DNA from: Antedon mediterranea
Lineage: Eukaryota > Animalia > Echinodermata
Direction: 5' to 3'
Assembly: GCF_964355755.1 (NCBI RefSeq)
Contig: NC_092672.1
Coordinates: forward strand, 4,402,001-4,466,000
Length of the DNA: 64,000 bases
A model generated the notes under the pieces. It was given only the letters and a program-made list of their open reading frames with translations, was not told the DNA's origin and made no database searches. Shown in pieces: positions 35,905 to 47,614 of this stretch (positions within the stretch are counted from its first letter, which is position 1; every line of letters starts with the position of its first letter). The position numbers were made by a program, and so were the translations under genes.

Positions 35905-36914
35905 TATCAATTTTCAATTCATCGACATTTTTATTCCATAATCAAAATAAAAACATATACAAATACAATACAAATAATAAGATAATGGAATGGGATACAA
36001 AATAAGCACAAGTGCTTTAAGCATGTAACCCTAACAAAAAGATCAAACAATTAGTACAAACAAAAAGAACAAACCAAAATAACATAATGTGATTTACTTA
36101 ACTTAAATATTTCTATTGTTATAATATTGCTTTAATCTCTGTTTAAACAAACTTAAAGTGGGGGATTGTTTTATATAGTCTGTTAAATTGTTCCAAATAT
36201 GTGTTCCTTGGTAGGAAATACATTGCTGTCCGACTTTGGTGCGTTTTAGTTGTGGACAGTAGTTTGACCTGTTTCTAGTTGAGTAATTATGGAATGAGGC
36301 AGATGTACTAAATAAGTTATTAAATGATTCAGGTAATAGATTATGTTTATATTGATACATAAATATAGCAGTGTGTTTCGTATAAAGGTCAAAAATATTT
36401 AATGTTTGGGTTGAAATAAAAAGTGGATGAGAAGGATGCATAAAATGAACATGACAAATATTTCTAAGTGCTTTTTTCTGGAGAATATGTATACGGTTTA
36501 AGTTTGTAGCAGAAGTAGCACCCCATACTGTGATAGCATACGTTATTCTAGGTAATATAAGTGCATTGTATACCGTTAACAAGATTTTACTTGATAACAT
36601 AGACTTCACTTTGTTTAAGACACCAATTATTCTAGAAATACTGTTTGCTACCTCATTTACATGATAATTAAACGATAAAGTTTCATCCAGAAATAAGCCT
36701 AGAAATTTAACTTCAGTAGCTTTTACTATACATTCATTTCCCATCCTCAATTCTAGTGAGGTAGTGTCAGCTGACTTATTTCTAGCCTTAAATATAACAT
36801 ATTTTGATTTGTTTACATTTAGCGTTAATTTGTTAGCAATAAACCAGTCCGAAAGTATAGATAACTCCTGGTTCATTGTATCAAAAGCTTGAGTAATATC
36901 ATTGTGACTATAAA
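35905..36914 (-). mobile_element. 5'-truncated non-LTR retrotransposon (CR1/L2 group, Crack-like): RT C-terminal part and 3'UTR
   Basis: Open frame 36103-36914 with WFIANKLTLNVNKSKYVIF, VKFLGLFLD, VYNALILPRITYAITVWG, ILQKKALR, HNYSTR, GTHIWNNL; 3'UTR with AATAAA and short repeat tail near 35905-35930. Confidence 0.9.
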
Positions 36915-36956
36915 ATGTTTTAACATTAAGGCCCATTATGTCAAGGGTACCCTATG

Positions 36957-37234
36957 GCCGTATTCACCAATCACACTTAAGTAAGATATTTCCTCTAAAT
37001 ATTAAGTATTTCACTTACATTGTATTCACTTAAACGTGGTTCCCACTAGCGACGCAACACAAGGACGTAACGCAACGCAAGTGAATTGACCAATCACAAG
37101 CGATGGCTTATTCGCTTGTGATTGCTAACTGTCTATAACTTCGCTTGTCATTGGTTAAAACGCTTGCGTTGCGTTTACGTTCTTGCGTTACGTTCTAGTG
37201 GGAACCAAGCTTTAGTATGCATGGTGAATACGGC
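36957..37234. mobile_element. Small MITE (TIR GCCGTATTCACCA) containing a nested family A1 MITE (37033-37211, TTA TSD)
   Basis: gccgtattcacca 36957-36969 pairs with tggtgaatacggc 37222-37234; full A1 copy inside. Confidence 0.8.
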
Positions 37235-39232
37235 AACTGTTTCTGTACACAGTGTTCTAATGGAGTCAACAGAATTGAATTTGAAAATTATAAATTTTTA
37301 AAAGTTAATAAAATGTACGTAGTTTAGTCCCTACAGTAAAATAACACTATATAAGATTACTGTACAACGTCAGTTAATATATTTTTTCAATGGTCATCAT
37401 TGATATTATCCATGGTCAAACACAGTATTCAGGATGTCCGTCAATACTTCTTAGGCCCTATACAGTTAATCGATTAACGAATGATTTTGCTATCTCCAGA
37501 GCTGAGATGTAATCAACAACCTCGTTTGATATAAAACAAATATTTTATGTAAAGACACCAGAGGTAAGTTATAGTCTATTCTATGAAACTATTAGTTAAT
37601 GTAAAACAAATAGAAATGTAGGCCGTATACTGGTGTGACGTGTCAGTTACTGGAGCAACTGCAGTAGACGAATTGTATAGTACCTTTAATTGCGATACTG
37701 ATTCTTCAGTAACTAACTTAAGTGTTAATTGACTATTTAAACCGTTTTTGTTAAGAGATTGAACTACCTTTTAAATCATTATTTGCGTTTTTCAATTGAA
37801 AGGAGGCTTATAATAATAGTAAAATATCATATTACGTCATTGAAGGGTGTATATTATTTGGAAAATATTATGACGACATTTCACGTGTATAATTATTGTA
37901 TGAGTGAACATTATTTTATCAATTTAATAAACCGAGTGAACGGGGAGTGGTAATTAAATTAGTGTGTATTTTACCAGTGATACTATACATTACAATTTGT
38001 AGCAGTATTATTTTGTATTGTTTGAAACGTGGCAGTCAATTTAATTCAACAATTGTTGCTCAATAATCGAAGTGATGTAATAATTAAAAGATAATTTCCC
38101 CGACATTTTAATTAAACAACATTTGCGCAATCGCAACACGTACGTTTGAAATGTGAGCGCAAAAAGTGTATGTGTGACCATACACCATACCGTACTGGGA
38201 CTTTCCCTAGATCATTATCTTATGATCAACCCATCTCCCTATCCATTATTCCGTGGCGGATTACTGTTATTATTTCAGCGCTAAAATGCTTTCTTATAGC
38301 TAAAGTAGTCTGTGAATGAAGGAATTAAGTATGTATTATTTCATGTGAGCTTATAACATGGATGACTTGGTTTCATGGTAATAACATGAATAGACTTGAT
38401 GTTCTACTGTGTATACGGCTAATATTCCAAGATACCATGTTTGCTGTGTAAATTTTAAAGACGGCCATGTTTTAGTCTGGAATAATATTATCATCGAGCT
38501 TAACTTTAAATACGTTTCCCCCGCAAGCAGTATGTTCATATCCTAACATAACAATAAGACACTTAATAATGTGCTTGTACATATTTGAAAAGATTCAGTA
38601 CTCCGCCTTTGTCAGTCCTTTGTCAGTGTATCTAAGTAAAATTATAAATAAAAATTAGGCCTACAATTGTGACATAACACCAGCGTAATTAGCATCCACC
38701 TTAATATTTCTTTGAAATGCAAAACAGTGCGTTATGATTCAGCGTATAAAAACCTATACAATGTATGGGTAGGTTTTTACAACACCTATTAATATTTTTC
38801 AATAGATTACATAAATATTGATTTTTCATTTCATAAATTAATTTCAAAGGAAAGTAAATTTGACTCTAATTTTTCTAGTAGTCCTGGTTGAAATCTAACA
38901 TGTTTGCCACCATTTGTAAGGGAACCCCTTCGATGGGAAAAGATGCCCGAGGCTAGTAGCCAGGTGACGTAGAGTACATATTTATTTAGACAAAAAATTA
39001 TATTGTTGAAATTTTTGAACCAGCAAATAGAACACTTCACGGTTGAGTTGAGTGGAAGCCAATATTAGAGCTGTTTTTAATAACAATTGATGAAGGACAA
39101 TACATCGTATCACGATTCAGTCGAGTTACTTCGCTCACGTCATCGTCAGTTATTGAGCCAGTGTTGGACAAAATACAACATAATACGGCTGCTTATTATA
39201 ATACATAGGTTGTGAATTTATTGTAGGTTACC

Positions 39233-40288
39233 ATGGCGTTTTGGAAGCGAAGAAGCATGACTTTTTCGCCAAATCCACCCGATACAAAACACGAGGTACA
39301 GTACATGGGAAAGGAACCAGCCGAAGGAAAGATCGGCCTAGAATGTACGATGAAGCCTGTAGAAAATTTGTATCGACGGTACAAGCAAACGAAGGGAAAG
39401 CACTGTAAACGGGTACAGCTTGAAGTAACGAACACAGGGATTATCCTCACTCATTTGAATGCCGCAGATGGTCAGCAACAAGAACAAACAGTGCCGGTTG
39501 TTAAAATGTCATTCGGAGCTGCAGACCCAGAACATCCCAAGATTTTCTCATTTGTAATGGTTAACGATCAAGCGAAAGGCCCCAATAAATGGGAATGCCA
39601 TTCATTTTTATGTGAAAGTAATTCCGTGGCAAAGTCACTGACTTTATATTTAGTGAAAGCATTTCAAAAAGCGGCAGACGGCCGAGCGGATGAGGACGAA
39701 CATTTTAAAGATCCATCTAGAAGGACTAGGCCAACTACTTTACATATTTTGCACGATCGTGGACGGCATCAGTTGGCCGATAAAGCCAAACCTCCTCCCG
39801 TGTCTACGCTCAAAGTAACAATGAACGTAGAAAACATAGAAGATTATGATAAGGTAGGCATTCGAAAACCAGAAAAGACAAAAGGTAGTTCTGTTAAACT
39901 TGATCAAAATAAACACTTTGCTATGTTGTTAGCGAAAGAGAAGAAAGAGTTAGATGCACTAAAAATGGTCAACCAGGCGAAAGATGAACACGTTGATCAG
40001 AACAATGCATTAAACAAAGAAAATGAATTTTGTAATGAAGAAGAGGTTGAAGATTTATTGAATGATGTTGCAACAGAAGCAGACAATGATGAGATAATAA
40101 TGGCGGTAAATCCAACGCTACCTTTAAGTCCAGATTCTGAAGCACCGACTGGAATGGAGATGACGGATGATGAATTAAACGGAAACGATTCGAATGGAGA
40201 CGTCGACGAATCATCGGACACAAACTTTCGTAAAACAAAACGTAAATCAGTTCGATTTACTGACGAGGAGCCAAAAATTATCGACTGA
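39233..40288 (+). CDS. PTB/PID-domain adaptor (FAM43-like) paralog 4, 351 aa
   Basis: HEVQYMGKEP..GLECTMKPVENL..VQLEVTNTG..MSFGAADPEHPKIFSFV..WECHSFLCES..AKSLTLYLVKAF; strong Kozak accATGG; acidic tail. Confidence 0.88.
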   Translation: MAFWKRRSMTFSPNPPDTKHEVQYMGKEPAEGKIGLECTMKPVENLYRRYKQTKGKHCKRVQLEVTNTGIILTHLNAADGQQQEQTVPVVKMSFGAADPEHPKIFSFVMVNDQAKGPNKWECHSFLCESNSVAKSLTLYLVKAFQKAADGRADEDEHFKDPSRRTRPTTLHILHDRGRHQLADKAKPPPVSTLKVTMNVENIEDYDKVGIRKPEKTKGSSVKLDQNKHFAMLLAKEKKELDALKMVNQAKDEHVDQNNALNKENEFCNEEEVEDLLNDVATEADNDEIIMAVNPTLPLSPDSEAPTGMEMTDDELNGNDSNGDVDESSDTNFRKTKRKSVRFTDEEPKIID

Positions 40289-40905
40289 AAATTTTGAATT
40301 TTTTTCAAGTGATTCAGATTTAAACCAAATTGAATGCGGTTTTGTCACTCTCTGGAAAGGATAAAGAATTCTCTTCTTCGGAATACAGCTTAGTGAAACA
40401 ATATTCCACCACCAGTGGGTTGCAATCCAAAGGTACACAAAATACAAAACACGTCATTGTTTTGGTTTTACGAGGAGAACAGATAGTTGATATTATATTT
40501 GTTATTAGTAATTGACTATTATGACGTCATTAAAAAATATGATCGTATTTGTGCTCTGATGATATAACCAAACACGTTAGTAACTAACACCAATGTGCAG
40601 TATGTGTGATATATTTTGAATCTTAATATAAGTGTCGTTAAAGTTATATTTATTTAAGCACATAAAACCAAAGAAAGCAAGAGTGTGGCAGTAATACTTA
40701 CATTAACTAAATTATAAGATAATATATTGGTGAAACTTAAGCCTACAGATGGGATTTAACATCTGCCTTGTTAAGGCATAATACAAGATCAAAGATGATG
40801 AAGCTAAATCAATTAAAACATTTTTCAAATTTTTCTAAAAATAAAGAAATACATGGATTCTTGAAAAGACATTGTTCCAAACAGATTTAAATATCTTTTA
40901 AAAAT

Positions 40906-40996
40906 ACAGTGGAACCAGTGGAACCCCTTTGGGAGAACCGTATTAAGGGAACATTTTGTTGAGTCCTGAAGGTGTCCCCTTAATCCGGGTTACTGT
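40906..40996. mobile_element. Degenerate Tc1/mariner(pogo)-type MITE relic (related fragments near 3340-3515 and 35800-35840)
   Basis: TA-CAGTGGAACC start, ggtgtccccttaat internal motif, ggttactg end. Confidence 0.45.
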
Positions 40997-41681
40997 GTTA
41001 ATTTACAACCTTTACAAGTATACTTTTTATACTAAATTCCATATATTTGATAACTGTGTGAAAATTCCTCTGTATAGAACTCATCAACCATTAACAAATT
41101 TGCTTAAATAATTACATTATTACACTTTTATATTATCACTGCTACAATGCTCAGTATAATTATTTTCCGAATGTTTGCATTTTAAAAATGTATTGATGTT
41201 AAAATGGATTTGTTACTATTTTGTTACTGTATTACTAAAACGTATGTTTTCTAATTAACACACCTAAATTTATATTTTAAGTACTCGTGGTGGCTTTACG
41301 CTTTCAAGGCCGGCTATTGAATGTAATAAAGCTATCGATTGTTGTAAGTGTTGATAAACCAAGAGCGTGATCCACTTGGCTAAAACCATGACAAACATAA
41401 TGCGTTTGTTATTGATAGAAATATCCAGGGCGTTTCTTTGCCTTTATCCCGTAGCTGGAAAACTCTTTATTGTTTGTAGGCCTACATACAATCATAGCCT
41501 ACATTTTGACCAACAGGGAGGGACAGCCCCTATTCAAATGACCTTTATTCAAGGGACAATTTACCATGAAACGACCGAAGGAAATAGTACGATCAAGCAT
41601 GGAGGTATAAACATTAATTAGTTAAATCTAATTGTATACCTGTATGGGTCAAGCCTATTATTTTGGTGAACACTCCTATAT

Positions 41682-41705
41682 CAGGGAGTTGTTAACAACT
41701 CCCTG
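41682..41705. mobile_element. Perfect 24-bp palindrome with 7-bp TSD
   Basis: cctatat-CAGGGAGTTGTTAACAACTCCCTG-cctatat. Confidence 0.78.
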
Positions 41706-42097
41706 CCTATATTAAGAGGATTTCTTGCCTTCATACAGTGATTCTTAATGATTCTACTAATTATTATTAGGAATCTCAGATTACAAGACAGGGCTACCAA
41801 AATGTCATCTCTTATCATCTCTCATCCCAATATAGAAACGCTTAAGATGTTATAGATTTGAGCTATGCCACTTGTCGTTAAGTAATTTATCAACAACTGC
41901 AACTTTTTCGCCAGTAATTACGGGTCTATTTAGCCTATAATGTGATGTAATTTAAGCTGATTATTTTAATGGATGATGGATATATGGATTATCCTGGCAC
42001 ACTATCATCATACAGATGCTTTGTTGAATGTATAGTCTACTCATTGCCAGTAGTTTGGCACATTTTCCATTTTGTGCTTCATCGGGGAGCCTTCATG

Positions 42098-42134
42098 CAT
42101 AGAGATTATTATAGTGAACTATAATATCTCTATT
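42098..42134. mobile_element. 37-bp palindrome with degenerate (5/7) TSD; centre shared with 33704-33749
   Basis: cttcatg-CATAGAGATTATTATAGTGAACTATAATATCTCTATT-attcatc. Confidence 0.55.
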
Positions 42135-43335
42135 ATTCATCAAACTCTCTGGTTTCATTATGAATTGGTTACATTTTTTTTTATCAGCATGCGCCATGTT
42201 GTCGATAAATGGTTAATGCATCAAACTACCCCTCGTCCACGTAAAGATGTAAGATATTTTGCTCAATGGTTTAAGTAAAAAAGATGAGTTGTAGTTTAAA
42301 ACCTATAAGGTTATGCTAAAATAAATAAGATATCAGATAGTCATAGATGTCGTGAACGTTTCACCATAGCTACTGTGAAATGATGTGTGCTGTAATAAGA
42401 ACACCAGTAACCTATAGTTATGAGCATGTCATGATTCCATACATCACTTTTCAGATCAAAGCAAATATAAAATGAACAATATTTTTTTGTTTTTAAGAAT
42501 AATCTCTATTTTTCTGTCATTATTTTCTTACAAATTATATATCATTATTATATCATTTATGTATTGAATTGCGGTATTACATTAACGTCAAATTAAATCG
42601 CTATTAACTTGATATACTGGATGAAATGTTATTCTTTAAAATATCTAGTTGTATATTGTTATTTTATTTACCATAATCAGCTCATGTACAGACCTTAGCG
42701 TATATCGTTAAGACTTATCATAGAGCAAAACAATATATTCCGTTCCCTTTTTTGTTCGAACGTCTCGCACATATTTAGATAGAGAACAACATAATTACGT
42801 TTCTTTGTTTTTAATGATTTTCTTTCTGACACGTCTATTGACCGTATAGAAAGCCGATACATGTGTAATTATTCGTTTGTTACCGATAATATATGACGTC
42901 AAGAATATAGACTCGCAAAGTTAACGCGCGCGTATAACAGCCGTACCGTTTTATCATCGTTTGAACGCGCGTTTAATTTACTATAAACTATCACTGACGT
43001 ATTTCCTTCCAGAGAAATGTTAATTACATGCCACTTTGATTACTATGGTTTAATAATGACATGTTTTTGCTCATGTTTTGTCTCTGTTATGTTTTATTAT
43101 TTAGTGTACTCAGAGTCAATGACGATTGATGTTTCAGCTGAGTCGGTTGGATGTGACAATTTGTTGAATATGTACATTTTCATGTTTGATAGGATATAGT
43201 TCCCGTAATGTAACTGTTTTGTTGCAACATGACTAATGGTTCCAATAGTTTCACGGTGATTGATGTTTTTGTTCCTGTATGTTTTACTGTTTACAGTGTT
43301 GCAGCGTTTTTCATCAATGGTTTCTGTGAATGTTA

Positions 43336-43474
43336 AGCTCTGTCTACACTATCAAACTTTATGTGACAAAAAAGTGTGATGTGCCCAAATATGGTAATGA
43401 TATGCTTAAATATGGTAGTGATATGACATCATTATATCCACATGGACATAATGTTTGATAGTGTAGACAGAGCT
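43336..43474. mobile_element. MITE family B
   Basis: TIRs and TTA TSD. Confidence 0.85.
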
Positions 43475-44654
43475 TTACATGATACGTTTATGCCTCGGTC
43501 TAAATAACCAAGACAACGTAACTTGTCAAAATTGTGTTCTTAATAGACATCATAAAATCAACTAATTTATAACAATTGCGGATCAGATTTGATATCAGAT
43601 GATAAACACAGGAACAAGGACGACAATTTGTTTTGTTCTCGGCTGTTGACAACGCCTCATTAAACCCTTTCTCTTCATTTCTATAGAAGCTCACTGCTGT
43701 TGTCAGTTGTTGATCTAGGATATAAGTGATTTCATCCAGGTAATCATTGGTCAAATTTGATATTACGTCATCAACGCCGTGGCTCTTTAGCTTAGTGATT
43801 TACGCGCGCGTTGCGTTAATTCGTGTAGTTCAGTGCATGTTCAAACCTCATCACTTCCGTTATATATGATCATACATTAGGTCTGTTAATAAAACCATGG
43901 AATAGTAACTCCAGAAATTGAGAAAACACCTCACAGTGTCCAATCTCATAACTTCCATTGAAGTAGTGTAACTGTCGCTCTTGCCGGGAATGTCATAGTT
44001 CTAACTGCAAAAGTTATAGAAAATGTAATAGTTAACATGTCTTATTTCAACATAATTATGTGGGCCTAAAGATGCAACAGTATGCGTCCTTAACCCCATG
44101 ATAACTTCAATTGAATGAAAGAAAAATATTTTAAGAATGAAAATACATCATCTATTAATGTAATGCAGGTGAGAATGCATTTGTTTTTTTGCGCGTATTT
44201 CTATTTTCGTTGATGCTTTCATATGACCTCGGTGTCATACGCAATTGAGAAACGAATGATTCTTGGAGAGTTGTATTGCTGTTTTGCTGCTATAAATGCT
44301 CATTACTGCATTTAATAAAGCAATGTCAAATGCTGTGGATCGGATATTTCGCTATCGATCTATTATCTTCTGTGAAGTTGGTGGCGCATTTCGTTTTCTT
44401 GGTATGTTTCTTTGCATACAGGTGACTATTTTCCTTGTCGGGTCGTGTGTATGGCAGTTCTATCACGGATAACTTGTTGTTTTGTTTATCATAAGTGATA
44501 TATTACTGTAAGTATAATGTAGCTTTGTAATTTCTGATAAATACCACCTATTAATCAGTATTATCTTCTTAATAATTATGGTGGCGATTAAATAGATTTT
44601 AAAATTCTCTCCTTTAAGAACAAGCCGTAGGTAGGTCACTATAAAAACCTGTCC

Positions 44655-44739
44655 CGTTTCACGGAACTACAGATGGTTCCATTTTAACAAAATCGTCTAC
44701 ATAACTGAACGGCTCCGTCTTCCGTTTCGGTAACGAAAC
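44655..44739. repeat. Degenerate dispersed palindromic repeat (gtttcacggaac family; also 57248-57290, 60536-60620)
   Basis: Shared tttcacg(g)aac..aacgg(c/t)tccg motifs at three sites. Confidence 0.45.
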
Positions 44740-45317
44740 ATGTGGAAATGTAGCTTTATTTATGTGATGTCAGACCACATTATTTCATGTAAAACAATGT
44801 TATAACACTTTGTTACATCAAGATCAATACACTTCATTCATGTAACGAGTTGGTGAAATATCACATTAAATTTGGAAAGTCACAGTTTAATTTCGATCCA
44901 AGTTATTAAGTGTGAAGCATATTGCATTAAATCGAACACTTAATTGATGTCGGTGCGTTTATATAGCATCCACTTAAATAAGGTCAGACCCATCATTTAT
45001 AATTTAGACAATCATTTTAATGAATGCGTGGTATGATAAGAGTTTTTTTTTCGTGTCATTTATGATTGACTTACGTAAGCAGCAAAACAAAAGCACCAAA
45101 GTTTCTTCAAACAAAATGAGATATGACTTTTCACGTATGAGATAGGTGCCTATATCCACGTACGAGATATGTATCTTCGTACGAGATGTGATCCTGTAGG
45201 CCCACTTCATTACGTCTTCCCTGTCGATATTCTATCTGCCCTGCTTGCTCCTCAATGTGGCAACATGGGAAATATAGTAGCTTAACTCGACATAAAAGCG
45301 TCCAATAATACACCAAC

Positions 45318-45472
45318 AGCTCTGTCCACACTATCAAAGTTTATGTGACAAAAAAGTGTGTTCCCATATATGGACATGATTATGTCATACCACTACCATA
45401 TTTGGGCATACCACTACCATATTTGGACACATCACACTTTTTTTGTCAAACTAGTTTGATAGAGACAGACGC
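45318..45472. mobile_element. MITE family B, diverged
   Basis: Colinear with 26389-26548. Confidence 0.75.
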
Positions 45473-47111
45473 ATAAAATAATAATAAAACAAACACTGTT
45501 TTGCATAGCGCTTGGTTTCATTAATTTTCGAGATAAAAACAACATGGCTACGACAGATTTATGATATCAATGAGCAATATAAATGTACATTTTAAATCGA
45601 TTGATTGACTTTATTGGAAATTCTCATCTACACAAATTTGTATCAATTTGCATTTTGATTGAAGACGAGTTCATGGGCTTTGACATATAAGAAATCCTTA
45701 ATATCACGCGCGGAACACTCGCGTGTTAACTATATTGACATTCAAGAACTAACATTGTATGATGTTTCACATACAAGACTAATTCTAGCGTTTCTCCTGA
45801 ATGTTACACGCGTTTCATACCTGTGGCAACGGGAAATGAGTTTTCATCAACCTGACAGAAACAAATTATTCTGTGCAGATTGATTACAGTTTAAGTATCA
45901 CCCCCTCTAGAAATATTTATTATCTCAGCACGCTTCAGGCCAGTTGTACTTTATTTTATGTTTGATAGTAGTAACACACTGTAGCTGAATATAGCGGATG
46001 ATGAGTCTTCCTGAAAGACGGCTGTTCGTAACAGCGCGCTTACAGGTAAGTTAATCTAAAGCAAAATACTTAATAATAGTACATTTCAAATATAATACAT
46101 GTCTAATAATGTTTTTTAAATATTGTTATAACAATATAGTGATATATACTATGATTAGGCCTAGTTGATCTTGAACACACAAAGTTGATGCGTATATGAA
46201 ATAGCATTTTCATCACATTGTGTACGCGCGCGCACAAATGCCTGCCGCGTTTATCAACATTTTTACACGCACATTATATCAATTGTGTCATAACGTTATT
46301 CAAATTTGCAGAATATTTAATATCTGTGTTGTAACACATACTGGGCAGACATACTAGGTGAATGATTTAAAGAATTTAAAATGTATTTGAGGGAGATAAC
46401 TTGTTTTTGTATTTTAGCACAACATGTGGATCTTTTGTGTTGTTCTTTTTCAGCTGTTGTCGCATGAGCACAATTGCTCACGTTACCGTATTCTAAACTA
46501 TTTTCTCGGTAATTACGATATTATTATCTCTTGTGTATTTGCTAACGGTTACTAAAAACCCGCGTCTTTGAACTTTGTAAATTGATCTTAAGTTTGCTAT
46601 GAAAACGTATTATGTAATTAATCTTAATAATATTAGTGAATCAAAATGCATTGTCAAGGCCATTTGCGGCGTTAACAGCGCTAATGGCACTGCGTCCTAG
46701 TGCACGATTTAATCGAGTTAACGTCAGAACAATTAAATGAAAATATAATTAAGTAATACGCAACGACACCGGTACATTAACACAAGAGTAATTGTACGAC
46801 GTATTAATAATACGCATTGGGAATAAGATATAATAAAAATAATGTTGTTTGTGTCTCCTCAATTAATTTAACATCTATTATACTACCAATGTATCAAAGA
46901 CGTAGTACTGGAACTAGAACGATTTAGCTAAGAGTCGAGAAATGTAAGGCGGAATATACAGTAAGCCTGTCATATGAATATCAGAGTTGTTAAGGAAAAA
47001 CATAAATAATATTGTTATGTACATAGCGGCTTACAGGAGGGGGTTGAATAAAAAAAAGAGTAAAATCAAAAGCATCCCGCCTCCACACGTGAGGCAGTGC
47101 TCATGTAGTTA

Positions 47112-47614
47112 CGCTTGGTTCCCACTTGGACGCAACGCGAGGACGTAAGCTGCTCAGCGCAAATAATTTGACAATGCGTTGCGTCCTAGTGAGAACTATA
47201 GCTTGGTTCCCACTTGGACGCAACGCAAGAACGTAAGCTCAACGCAAGTGAGTTGACCAATGACAAGCGATAGTTCGAATAATCCATCGCCTGTAACTGG
47301 TCAAATTATTTGTATTTTATATTGACATTCGCTAACATTTCATTCATTGCCTGATGTTTCACATTCAAGTTAAAACTAAACAGCACTTTTCGTCGATACG
47401 TCGTTGCGTTGCGTTCTAGTGAGAACCACGCTTAAAGCTTGGTTCCCACTAGAACGTAACGCAAGGACGTAAACGCAACGCAAGCGTTTTAACCAATGAC
47501 AAGCGAAGTTATAGACAGTTAGCAATCACAAGCGAATAAGCCATCGCTTGTGATTGGTTAATTCACTTGCGTTGCGTTACGTCCTTGTGTTGCGTCGCTA
47601 GTGGGAACCACGCT
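47112..47614. mobile_element. Cluster of family A MITEs (degenerate/chimeric copies followed by a full A1 at 47436-47614)
   Basis: Repeated gcttggttcccac / gtg(g/a)gaacc termini; last two elements joined by TAA. Confidence 0.8.

Noticed and set aside
36915-36936. ATG start (MGLNVKT) of the 277-aa RT-like ORF
   Set aside because: It comes from the flanking duplication (the same peptide occurs in ORF 35591-35917); the LINE is 5'-truncated, not a gene.
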